DNA of 32,000 bases, from NCBI GenBank assembly GCA_027925325.1, contig AP027133.1, positions 30,001 to 62,000 of the forward strand, written 5' to 3'. The notes below the pieces were generated by a model. That model had not been told where the DNA came from, ran no database searches, and saw nothing but the letters and a program-made list of their open reading frames with translations. The position numbers were made by a program, and so were the translations under genes. The stretch's first letter is position 1. Each line of letters opens with the position of its first letter. Shown piece after piece: positions 11,223 through 22,142 of the stretch. The DNA is from Candidatus Saccharimonadota bacterium (GTDB lineage Bacteria > Bacillota_I > Bacilli_A > Mycoplasmatales > Hepatoplasmataceae).

Positions 11223-11645
11223 GTGCCTACTATTAATCAATTAGTCCGTAATGGAAGAGAAAACAAAATTAAAAAAACCAAGACTCCTGCTTTACAGACA
11301 AGAAAAAATACTTTAAAAAATAAAGAAGTACAAAAATCATCACCACAGATGAGAGGAGTTGCGATTCGTGTTGCAACAATGACTCCTAAGAAACCTAATT
11401 CTGCATTAAGAAAATATGCAAGAGTTCGTCTTTCAAATGGACAAGAAGTAAATGCTTATATTCCAGGTGAAAAACATAATTTGCAAGAACACTCTGTTGT
11501 TTTAATCAAAGGGGGTAAAGTAAAAGATTTACCAGGGATTAGATATCGGGTAATCAGAGGAACTTTGGATACATCTGGTGTTGAAAGTCGTAGACAAAGT
11601 CGCTCGCTTTATGGTGCAAAAAAACCTAAAGATAAGAAAAATTAA
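11223..11645 (+). CDS. rpsL: 30S ribosomal protein S12
   Basis: GTG start; sequence [12 protein letters not shown]...[20 protein letters not shown]... Confidence 0.95.
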   Translation: MPTINQLVRNGRENKIKKTKTPALQTRKNTLKNKEVQKSSPQMRGVAIRVATMTPKKPNSALRKYARVRLSNGQEVNAYIPGEKHNLQEHSVVLIKGGKVKDLPGIRYRVIRGTLDTSGVESRRQSRSLYGAKKPKDKKN

Positions 11646-11659
11646 AAAAGGAGAATAAT

Positions 11660-12130
<471 letters not shown>

Positions 12131-12166
12131 TAATTTTAAATTTAAATAAGAGGAGAATTACTTTAT

Positions 12167-14254
12167 ATGATAAAGCGAAAAGAACCAATTGAAAAATTTA
12201 GAAATATTGGCATAATGGCTCATATTGACGCCGGAAAAACAACAACAACTGAGAGAATTTTATTTCATACCGGTAAGGTTCATAAAATTGGTGAGACGCA
12301 TGATGGTCAATCACAAATGGATTGAATGGCGCAAGAAAAAGAACGAGGGATAACAATTACCTCAGCAGCAACTACAGCGTCTTGAAATGGGTATAGAATT
12401 AATATTATTGATACTCCTGGTCACGTTGATTTCACAGTAGAAGTAGAAAGATCATTACGTGTTCTTGATGGAGCTGTTGCTGTATTAGATGGACAAGCCG
12501 GAGTTGAACCACAAACTGAGACTGTTTGAAGACAGGCGACAAATTATTTAGTTCCTCGAATCGTTTTTGTTAATAAAATGGATAAAATTGGTGCTGATTT
12601 TTTTTATTCTGTAGATAGTATTAGAAATAAATTAGGAGCTAAAGTTGCTGCTATTCATGTTCCAATTGGAAAAGAAAACACATTTAATGGTTTTATAGAT
12701 ATAATTGAAAATAAAGCTTTTATTTTTGATCATAAAGAAAATGAAAAATATAAAGAAATTTCTATTCCAAAAGAATTAGAAAATGATGTTAAAAAAACAT
12801 ATGATCGTTTGTTAGAAGAGATTTCTGAATTTAATGATGAACTTTTATTAAAAATTTTAGATGGAAAAGTAATTGCTAAAGAAGAAATTTATCAAACAAT
12901 TCGTAAAGCGACAATTGAAGCTAAATTTCATCCTGTACTTTGCGGAAGTGCTTATAAAAATGTCGGTGTAAAACATTTATTGGATGCAGTAGTTAATTTT
13001 TTACCTTCACCAATAGATGTTCCGCCAATTCAAGGTCACGATTTAAATGATAATAAAATTGAACGTAAAGCAGATGATAATGAACCTTTTTCAGCACTTG
13101 CTTTTAAAATTATGACAGATCCCTTTGTTGGTAAATTAACTTTTTTCCGTGTTTATTCGGGAACTTTAAAAGCCGGAAGTTATATTATGAATACAACTAA
13201 GGATAAAAAAGAACGTGTTGGTCGTATTTTACAAATGCATGCAAATCATCGTTCAGAAATTGAAGGTGTTGTGGCTGGAGAAATTGCAGCTGCAGTAGGA
13301 CTTAAATCAACAACAACAGGTGATACTTTATCTGATGAAAAAAATCAAGTTATTCTTGAAAAAATGGTTTTTCCCGAACCGGTTATCGCTCTTGCTGTTG
13401 AACCTAAAACTAAAGTTGATCAAGATCGATTAGGATTATCGCTTTCTAAATTAGCAGAAGAAGATCCAACTTTTCATACAAGAATGAATCATGAAACGGG
13501 ACAAACAATTATTTCTGGAATGGGTGAATTGCATTTAGAGATAATTGTTGATAGATTGCGTAGAGAATTTAAAGTCGGTGTAAATGTCGGTAATCCTGAG
13601 GTTTCTTATCGAGAAACATTTACCAAAAAATCAACTATTGAATCAAAATATATTAAGCAATCAGGTGGTCGTGGTCAATATGGTCATGTTGTGATTGATT
13701 TTGAACCAAACGAAGATAAAGGATTTCAATTTGTTGATAAAATTGTCGGCGGAAGAATTCCAAAAGAATACATTTCTTCAATTAAGAATGGATTAGAAGA
13801 AGCAATGGCTGGAGGAATTTTAGCTGGATATCCGATGATTAATATTAAAGCAACTTTACATGATGGATCTTATCATGATGTCGATTCATCTGAATTAGCT
13901 TATAAAATTGCCGCATCTAAAGCTCTTAAAAAAGCAAGAGTTTTATCAGGAGCAATTTTATTAGAACCGATTATGGATGTTGAAATTACAACTCCAACCG
14001 ATTATTTCGGAGATATCATGGGTGATATTTCTGGAAGAAGAGGCCTTATTAATGGTCAAGAAGAAAGAGGTAATGCTCAGGTTATAAAAGCACATGTTCC
14101 TCTTTCTGAAATGTTTGGTTATTCTACAAGATTGAGATCAATGTCGCAAGGACGTGCTGTCTATACGATGCATTTTTCACATTATTCAACAACACCAAAA
14201 AATTTAGCTAATAAAATTATAAAAGATCGTGGTTTTGATAATTTTGAAGAATAA
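12167..14254 (+). CDS. fusA: Elongation factor G
   Basis: ATG 12167, preceded by AGGAG at 12151-12155. The N-terminal G domain [20 protein letters not shown]...DTPGHVDF contains three in-frame TGA codons, and the rest matches the track ORF 12578..14254 (695 aa in total). Confidence 0.95.
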
Positions 14255-14280
14255 AAAGTGTTTTTAAATAAATATTAATT

Positions 14281-15195
14281 ATGAAAAATAGTAAACAAAA
14301 AATAACAAAAGCTGTGATTCCTGTTGCGGGATTAGGAACAAGATTTTTACCCTTTACAAAAACAATTCCAAAAGAAATGTTGCCCATTTTAAATATTCCA
14401 TCAATTGAATATATCATAAAAGATGCTGTTAATGCTGGAATTAAGGATATTATTTTTGTTACATCAGCTAGAAAAAAAGCATTAGCTGATTATAGTGATT
14501 CTTATCCTTGATTGGAAAATGAATTATTAAAAAAGGATAAAATTGCTGAATTAAATTTAATTAAACATATTCCATCAATTGCTAATTATATATTTGTAAG
14601 ACAATCGGTACAATTAGGATTAGGGGATGCGGTATTGAAAGCAAAATATGCAATTGGAAACGAACCATTTGCTTTGCTTTTAGGTGATGACATATTGATC
14701 AATGATTTTAAGAATATTAATAAAAATTCAATCTTAAAAGAATTGGTAGATTTATATCAAAAATACCAAAAAACAACTATTCTTGTACAACAAATTGAAG
14801 GAAAAGCGATTGAAAAATATGGAGTTGTTGGAGTTCAAAAAAATATTGATAAAAATAATTATCTTTTAAATTCTTTAGTAGAAAAACCAAATTTTAAAAA
14901 CGCCCCTTCTAATCTTGCGATTATAGGAAGATATATTTTAAAGCCTGAGATTTTTAATTATTTACAAAATGAAGAGATTGATCCGAAAACAGGTGAGATT
15001 CAATTAACAAATGCAATTAGTAAATATTTAAAAGATAATAATGATGTTTATGCGCATCTTTTTAAAGGCAGACGATATGATATGGGAAATATATTAGGTT
15101 TTTTAGAAGCACAAATTGATTTTGCTTTGAATAACAAAAAATATCGAAAAGTATTTAGTGAAATTTTAAAAAATAAGATTGAAGCTATTAAATAA
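14281..15195 (+). CDS. galU: UTP-glucose-1-phosphate uridylyltransferase
   Basis: ORFs 14281..14511 and 14512..15195 are in one frame joined by TGA. Motifs [27 protein letters not shown] and LGDD are present. Confidence 0.9.
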
Positions 15196-15197
15196 TT

Positions 15198-16067
15198 ATG
15201 AAACAAATTACTTTTGAAGAATTTCAAAAATTAAATAAAAAAGGATTTATTAAAATAAATCGCGAGATTAATAAATTGGGAATTAAATGATGAGCTCATT
15301 CTGGTACTTTATTAGGAGCAATTCGCGATAAAGGCTTTTTACCATGAGATGATGACATCGATATGGCGATGTCGATTGATGATTATTTAAAATATCGAAA
15401 TGATTTAATTAAGATTGCAGAGAAAAATAATTATAGATTTGCCGATCGACTAAAACATATCGGAATGAATGCAACAAGATTTATTTATAAAGAGAAATTT
15501 ATTATTTCATATGATGGAAAAAAATATGTTTCTGCTCCCTTTATCGATATAATGATTGCGATTCCAATAAAAAAAGAAAATAAATTTAAATTTAAGATTT
15601 GAGAATGACAAAATAAATTTTTCTTTTTATTCAATAGTTTGCCACCAATTCTTCCCAAAATTGATACAAGATATGGAAGAATAAAAAAAGTTCATTGATA
15701 TGAACAATTAGGAGCAGCTGTTGCGCAAATTTTTCTTTTTTGGATGATTCCGTTTTTTTATTTGCAAAATTATTGATTAAAACAAAAAGCAAAAAATAAA
15801 AATAATTATAAAAACCTTATTTTATATCATACTTACACTTCTAGAGTTTTTATATATCAAAAAGATAATTTAATTCAAAAAAAAATTTTTCAAGATAAAG
15901 AGATCATTTATATTTCAAAATTTTATAAGAAAGAATTAGAATCTGCTTTTGGTAAAAATTGAAATAAAAAACCACCAGCTGCAAAGCAAATTCCTCATCA
16001 TATTATTTATAATCAATATAATAAAAACAAAAAAGAAGCAAAAATTTATCCTTACATAATAAAATAA
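15198..16067 (+). CDS. licD: LicD-family phosphotransferase (CDP-alcohol dependent phosphocholine/phospho-alcohol transferase), copy 1
   Basis: ATG 15198; eight in-frame TGA codons are read as Trp; ends at TAA 16065-16067 (289 aa). The LicD signature [28 protein letters not shown] is present. Confidence 0.8.
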
Positions 16068-16078
16068 TTTTAATTATT

Positions 16079-16441
16079 TTATTTATATGATTCTTCTTGT
16101 TCTTTTTTAAGTTGCTTTTTAAAGATAACAGGAATTGAAATTATTGATAAAAATGATCCGGCTGAATTTCCTAAAGCTCCGATAATTACAATATAAATTG
16201 CTTTTGAAACATCTAAAGTGGTGCTATTTTCAGGAGTAGCACTATATATTGCAATTCAAGCTATCAAAGGAATTGTAATTGAAGAAATAAAAGTCGCATA
16301 TACACCATAAATCGCTGCGCTAACATATCTGTTTCGCTTTATCTTAAATATTTTAATATTAAAAGCTAGAGAAATGGTGTACTGTAAAATTAAGATAATT
16401 AAAAAAAATATAATTAAAAATCATCATTTATCTACTATCAT
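16079..16441 (-). CDS. Small integral membrane protein (about 120 aa, 3-4 TM), paralog of the upstream gene
   Basis: Minus-strand ATG at 16441, stop TAA (plus-strand tta 16079-16081). Absent from the ORF track because of in-frame TGA codons. Translation: MIVDKWWFLIIFFLIILILQYTISLAFNIKIFKIKRNRYVSAAIYGVYATFISSITIPLIAWIAIYS...AIYIVIIGALGNSAGSFLSIISIPVIFKKQLKKEQEESYK. Confidence 0.6.
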
Positions 16442-16796
16442 TTACTTCTTCCTTTTTTTGCTTCTTTTTTCTTCCTCGTTTTTCTTCATGACCTAGTTTT
16501 TTAGAAACATAGGGAACTAAAATTGCCGCAAAAAAATTACCAATTGCTGTTGCAAAAGCAGCAATTAGAATGATTCATCAAGGTGCCGTTTCTCCATCTG
16601 TTAATGCTACAACAACAATGGGCGTTGCGGCCATTGTTATTACAAATAAAAAAGAAGCAACTGCCCCCATTAAGGCAGCGACCAAAAATTGATCTTTTGA
16701 GATCATATAAATTCGATAATTAAAAAAGAATCCAACAATTAATTCTACAAAGGGATATACAAATAATATTATTAATGCTACTTCTCAATTTTCCAT
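16428..16796 (-). CDS. Small integral membrane protein (122 aa, 3-4 TM) with a basic C-terminal tail
   Basis: Minus-strand ATG at 16796, stop TAA (plus-strand tta 16428-16430). Translation: MENWEVALIILFVYPFVELIVGFFFNYRIYMISKDQFLVAALMGAVASFLFVITMAATPIVVVALTDGETAPWWIILIAAFATAIGNFFAAILVPYVSKKLGHEEKRGRKKKQKKEEVNDSR. It overlaps the start of the downstream paralog by 14 nt. Confidence 0.65.
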
Positions 16797-16901
16797 TATT
16801 TTTGTAATTATTTTAATCCATTATACTCTTATATTTAATTAAAATGCGGTTTTTAAAGTGTATAATTTTTTAGATATATTAATTTATAGAAATAAATAGT
16901 T

Positions 16902-17621
16902 ATGAGCGAAATTAAAAGCAATCGTGTAATCTTATTAATTCATGGTTTTAAGCGTGGAAATGAGAATGATTTTGAATATTTAGAAGAATCTCTTCTTCAA
17001 TTTAATTTACCAGTAATTAATTTTGAATATTATGATAATTATGATAAAAAAACTTTAAGTTGAAAGTTTTTTTTTAAAAAAATTTCTGAGCAGATGGAAA
17101 TTTTAAAAGATAAGGAAATTATAATTATCGGTTACTCTATTGGGGCAATAATAGGAATTTATTTAGAAAACTATTATTCTAATGTGATTAAGGTCATTTC
17201 GATTTATCCGGCTTTTAAAATTCATTTTTTTGATTGAATAAAAAAATTGAAAGATTTTTATTTTAAGAGAAGAAGACTTAAGAAAAAAATCGGAAAAGAA
17301 CGTTTTAAAAAGCTTAATGAAATCGCAAAAAAAAATAAAGTTGTAGAAAAATATCCGGTAAAAATAACACGAAATATTAATATTTTTCGTTCGAAATTGC
17401 GTAAGAAAATAAAAAATATTAATATTAAGAAAACAGTTTTAATTTTATCTGAAATTGATGAAATTGTTCATTATAGAAAAACATATAAATATATAAGTAA
17501 TTTTAATGTTAGTGATAAAATTATATTTTTTAACTTAAGTCATTATTCAGCACTTAAAGATGGAAAAAATTTACGTAATTTTATCATTAGTGAAGTTAAA
17601 AAAATTAATCTAAATAGTTAA
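16902..17621 (+). CDS. Alpha/beta-fold hydrolase (esterase/lipase-like)
   Basis: ATG 16902; two in-frame TGA codons join it to track ORF 17247..17621 (239 aa). It has the LLIHGF oxyanion-type start, the nucleophile elbow GYSIG, and later acidic and His candidates (SEIDEIVHY, LSHYSAL). Confidence 0.65.
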
Positions 17622-17641
17622 TTGATTAGCAAATTTATGAT

Positions 17642-18441
17642 ATGAGTAATTTTGAAAAAAAAGATCTGAAAAATGATATTAAAATAATTCATTATATCTG
17701 AATTCCTGATAAAAAAATATTCCAAAAAAACAATTGGAAATTATTAATAATACACTAAAAATTAATAATGATTTCTCAGTAAAAATATGAGATTTTAATG
17801 AAATAAAAAAATTAAATATTAAAAACAAGTATTTCAATAAATCTATTGCAAAAAAACAATGAGCTTTTGCTTCTGATTATTTGAGATTAAAAATTTTATA
17901 TGAATATGGAGGAATTTATTTAGACACTGATCTACATTCTTTAAAAAAAATAAGTAATTTTTTAGATAAACAAAATAATGTTGATCTTATTTTGGGTTTT
18001 GAATATAAATATCTTGTTTCAACTGGATTTATTTGAGCTAGAAAATCAAAAAACAAAATTATCAAAAAAATTTTAAATTATTATGATAATTTTGATAAAT
18101 ATAACGATCCAAAAAAAATTAAATTCATTGTTAATAATTATATTTGAACGTATGTTTTAGTTAAAGATCATAATTTACTTTTTAAAGATCAAAATCAAAT
18201 ATTAAAAGACAAAATTTTAATTGTTAATCATAATTATTTCTCATCTATTAATAAAGCAAAAGAAGAAAGTTTTTTTCTACACAAGCATTTATTATCTTGA
18301 AAGGAAAATCATAATATAAGAAAATTGATGATTTTTATTTTATCATATATTCAAGAACATAAAATTTTAAATCCATTTCTTAAAATTCAAATTGAACTTA
18401 AATTAAGGAAAATTAAAAAAATATATAAAAATTTGAAATAA
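17642..18441 (+). pseudogene. DXD-motif glycosyltransferase (Gly_transf_sug / GT32-like), interrupted by a 1-nt frameshift in poly(A) tracts (phase-OFF allele, pseudogene or sequencing error)
   Basis: The frame from ATG 17642 gives MSNFEKKDLKNDIKIIHYIWIPDKK, then stops at TAA 17756-17758. The remainder (KQLEIINNTLKINNDFSVKIWDF...WAFASDYLRLKILYEYGGIYLDTDL...) is open in the neighbouring frame from 17713 to TAA 18439-18441. The span is 800 nt, one short of a multiple of 3. Confidence 0.65.
17711..17730 (+). repeat. Two A7 homopolymer tracts (17711-17717 and 17724-17730) at the frameshift site
   Basis: The sequence reads gat-AAAAAAA-tattcc-AAAAAAA-caattgg. One added A in either run restores a single ORF. 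Confidence 0.8.
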
Positions 18442-18473
18442 GATTTTTGAATAGAAAATTATAAAATATTAAA

Positions 18474-19484
18474 ATGAAAACATTTGGCGTAGTTATACCT
18501 ATTTATAATACAAAAATAGAGTGAATTAAAAAATCTATTGATTCAGCAATAGAATCTTATTTTAATTTAAATAAGGATTTTGAAATTATCATTATTGATA
18601 ATGGTTCAAATGATAAAAAAATTTGAGAATTTTTAAATGAAAATTATAAAAATTATGATTTTTTAAAATTAAAAAAATTTGCAAAAAATGAAGGAAAACA
18701 ACAAGCAACAAAATATGGTTTTTATAAAATAGACGCAAAGTATTTTCAAGTTTTAGATGCAGACGATTGATTAGATTCAAACAAAATTAAAAACGTTGTT
18801 AATACTTTAAAAAAAATAGATGGCGATATATTTTTTTTAAACTATTACTATTACAATAATAAAAAGCAAACGATTCGAAAAGAACGCAAAATTTATAAAA
18901 AATCTTCTTTAGAATATATTGAATTGAAAGAAATTCCGAGAATGTTTTGACATTTTAATGCAAATACAATTTTTAATAAGGAATTTATGCTAAAAAATAA
19001 TTTTAAATTCCCTGATACAAAAATTTATTATGAAGATATTTATATTAATATGTGAAATTTATCAAAAGTGAAAAAACCATTTTTTGTTAATGAAGCATTT
19101 TATTATTATCGAGTAAATATTGGTGGAACAAATTTATCATCAACAAAAAAAATGTTTGAATATATCGATTATTTTGAAAAGATGTATCGAGAGATCATTA
19201 AATTAGATTTTTCAAATCCAATTTCAAAAAAAAATATGTTGAATCTTGCAAGTTTACAATATTTAACTCTTACTTATTTTTGAACAGCAAAGGAAAAATT
19301 TGAAGTTGCAAATAATAAAATAAATAATCTAAAAAAGGAAATTAAAAATAATAAAAATTTATATTATGCAAAAAGTTTAAAAAGACCAAGAATTACAATT
19401 CTTGGTGATTTAATTATTTGAAAAGGATATTCATTTTTCTTTGTAAAACCTTTTACAAAGATTGTTTTTAAATTTAGAAATTAA
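18474..19484 (+). CDS. Family 2 glycosyltransferase
   Basis: ATG 18474; in-frame TGA codons join it to track ORF 19068..19283 and on to TAA 19482-19484 (336 aa). GT2 pattern: FGVVIPIYNT...EIIIIDNGSND...KNEGKQQATKYGF...YFQVLDADDWL. Confidence 0.8.
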
Positions 19485-19486
19485 CT

Positions 19487-20158
19487 ATGATTAAAAAAGA
19501 TATTAAAAAATATAATGTATGTTTAACTTATGGAACTTTTGATATGTTTCATTTTGGTCATTTATCAATTCTTTTGAGATGTAAAGAGAAATGTAATAAA
19601 TTAATTGTTGGTGTTGCAACGGATGATTATAATAAAAATAAACAAAAAGAATCTATTCAATCACAACAACAGCGTTTTAATTTTATTAAAAATTTACATT
19701 TTGTTGATAAGGTTATTTATGAACATAACTTTAATATTCAATGAGCTAATGATTATAAAAAATATAGAGCAGAAGCAATTTTTATCGGAGATGATCATAA
19801 AGGAGAATTAGATTATTTAATTGAAGATGGAATAAATCTTATTTATCTTGATCGAACTAAAGGAATATCAACAAGTGATATTAAGAAAAAAATAAAGCAA
19901 AAAAATATTTTCTTTTTAATTCAAAACAAATTAGATCAAACAGAAGAATTATTTCAAAATATTAAAAAAATTAATCTTAATAAAGATAATTTTCTAGTTT
20001 TAGCGATTAATAAAAAAATTGAAACTAGTTTTCAGTTATATCAATTTTGAAATAGTAATAAAAAAATAGATTTTATTTTTCTTTTTAATAATACGCAAGA
20101 AGTAAATCAAATGAAAAAAAGAATTAATTTATTGAAAATTAATAATTTAATCAATTAA
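19487..20158 (+). CDS. tagD: TagD-like cytidylyltransferase (HxGH family) with an extra C-terminal region of about 85 aa and unknown function
   Basis: Motifs LTYGTFDMFHFGHLSIL (HxGH) and DRTKGISTSDI (RTxGISTS). The ORF extends through TGA 19742-19744 to TAA 20156-20158 (223 aa, compared with about 130-140 aa for a core TagD). Confidence 0.7.
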
Positions 20159-21008
20159 ATTTAAAAAATATCATATATATAATTCATAATTTAATTTTTA
20201 AATTTTTTACTTTAATTTCTTTTTTTATTTTTTTATAGTAATTTTTTCTTGATGAAAAAAATCTCTTATTAAGCATATATTTAACAAAAATTGGTTTATA
20301 ACTTTTATCTAAATTTTTATAATTTTTATTATAAAAATTAATTATGATAAGCAATGAATTTCAGTATTTTTCTTTTTGCTTACTATTTAATTTTTCTTTA
20401 TTAATTTTATCTAAAATGTTATTGTAAATTAAATAAGGAATATTAATATTTTTTCAACTTGCGTCTGTTCCAAGAGCCATTCCAATATATTGGAATTCAA
20501 AATGTTTGACTCCTTTTAATAAATTTTCTTTATTTTCAATTGCTTTTTGAGTTTTAAAAATTGTATTATAAGTTAATAATCCTAGTCTTTTTTTATTATA
20601 TTTTTGTTCTCCACTCTTATATTTTTTATAAAATGAATGTTGAACTAAATCTACATTTGTATTTGTTAATTCATAAATTAAATTTTTTAATCAATTAAAA
20701 ATTATTTTATCTTTTGCTTTAATTAATTTAAAGTATTTACTATCAATTTTTTGAAGGTATCTATACAAAAATTCAGCTTTTTTTAAATTTTCTTGATCTT
20801 TTAAAATTATTATTTTTTTATCAAAAGCTTTTATTATCTTATTTTTAAAATCAATATTTTTATTGCTATTTACATATATCATAACTTGAACTAAATTATC
20901 AAGAGAATTTTCTTCTAGATATTTTTGTAAAAAATTAATTCTAGTTATTTCTTCTAGATTAATTTTTTCATCAATTGTATAGATAAAACTTAAAACTTTA
21001 TTTTTCAC
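20139..21008 (-). CDS. GT2-like protein with a degenerate catalytic motif (hypothetical)
   Basis: GTG start at 21008 (track ORF 20691..21008). With TGA = Trp the same frame is open at both ends down to the stop at plus-strand tta 20139-20141 (289 codons). The N-terminal pattern LSFIYTID...VQVMIYVNSNK...ENLKKAEFLYRYLQKIDSKYFKLIKAKDKI mimics GT2 topology but has KAKD where DxDD is expected. Caveat: my manual frame tracking through the A/T runs at about 20640-20700 was ambiguous, so an internal frameshift cannot be excluded. Confidence 0.45.
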
Positions 21009-21081
21009 AATATTTATTATTGTATTCTAAATTTAAATAATTATAAAAATAAATATTTAAAATTTACCTTATTTTTAATAG

Positions 21082-21107
21082 TTTTTATAAATTTTAATTT
21101 ATAAAAA
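21082..21107. repeat. Perfect 12-bp inverted repeat with a 2-nt spacer in the divergent intergenic region
   Basis: TTTTTATAAATT-tt-AATTTATAAAAA, ending about 19 nt upstream of the Abi-like gene start. Confidence 0.5.
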
Positions 21108-21125
21108 ATTTGCTATTATTAAATT

Positions 21126-22124
21126 GTGAAAGAAATGGGATTTTTATTACAAAGAGTTAAAAGTGATTTTTTAAAAAATTATTTTACTGAGGATGAATAT
21201 TGTGAATATTTAAACAATATTGAAAATAATAAGTATATTGATAGAAAAATTTATCTGAAGATAAAAGAATTAAATATTTATTTAAAAACGAAAGATTTTG
21301 AATTATTTGATTTTATCACTGAAAATATAATTTCTTTTGATCAATGTAATAATAATATTTTAAAAATTTATGATGATTTTTTTAGTTATCATCAAAAAAT
21401 TCTTACAATTTTTTTTGACAATTTTATTCTTTTTGAAAAATTAATTAAAAATAAAATAATCAATTCAATTAATTATTTTAATATAAATTCTTTATATGAA
21501 TTAATAAGAAAAATTATTGATAATTCTCAAAATAAAATTTTTGTAAAAAGATTTAAATTTATTTTTTCTATTTTTTATAGTTATAATCGAGAAAAAGCAG
21601 AGAAAATAGTAAATTCAAAAAATAAAAATAAAATTAATGAAGATGAATTATTTATTAGTTTGTACAAAAATAGTGATAAAGCTACAAAAAGGTACTTTGA
21701 TTACAAATTAATAAATGAATTTTCTTTTTCGGATATAATTGACTTTTTTACGATTTTAAAAGATAAAAATTATAAAAATTATTTAAATATAAGAATTTTT
21801 TTAATTAATTTGTTGGGTGAAAAAAAATATAATAATTTCTATCAACAAGATGATCAAAATAATATTATTAATTGATTTTTGAGCAATTATAAAGCTATAA
21901 AAATTTTACGTAATAAAGTTATGCATAATAAAGTTTTATTTACAAATATGAAGGAATTAAATAAAGGAATTGATAGTCTAATTAAATTATCTAATCAAGA
22001 AAAAAATAATATTGGTGATTTAACTTATAAAAAATTTTTAAAAGAGACTTTTACTGTTTTGAAAAAAATTAATCAAAATAAAGCTTCTAATTTTTTTAAA
22101 AATGAATTAATTAAATTTCACTAA
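21126..22124 (+). CDS. Abi_2 (AbiD/AbiF-like) abortive-infection family protein
   Basis: Track ORFs 21126..21875 and 21879..22124 are in one frame joined by TGA = Trp (332 aa; ATG 21135 is an alternative start). The C-terminal signature IINWFLSNYKAIKILRNKVMHNKVLF matches the family's conserved sWl..l..lRN..aHh..l block. Upstream, the FSFSDIIDFFTILKD segment is also family-like. Confidence 0.6.
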
Positions 22125-22142
22125 TAGATATGATTTGATTTT

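Noticed and set aside
14217-14417. Minus-strand ORF across the fusA/galU junction.
   Set aside because: It is antisense to two confidently assigned genes and its translation is hydrophobic and low-complexity.
18592-19811. ORFs 18592..18780 (-) and 19605..19811 (+) inside the GT2 and TagD-like genes.
   Set aside because: They are alternative-frame or antisense to genes with clear GT2 and HxGH motifs, and they have N/I/L/K-rich composition with no motifs.
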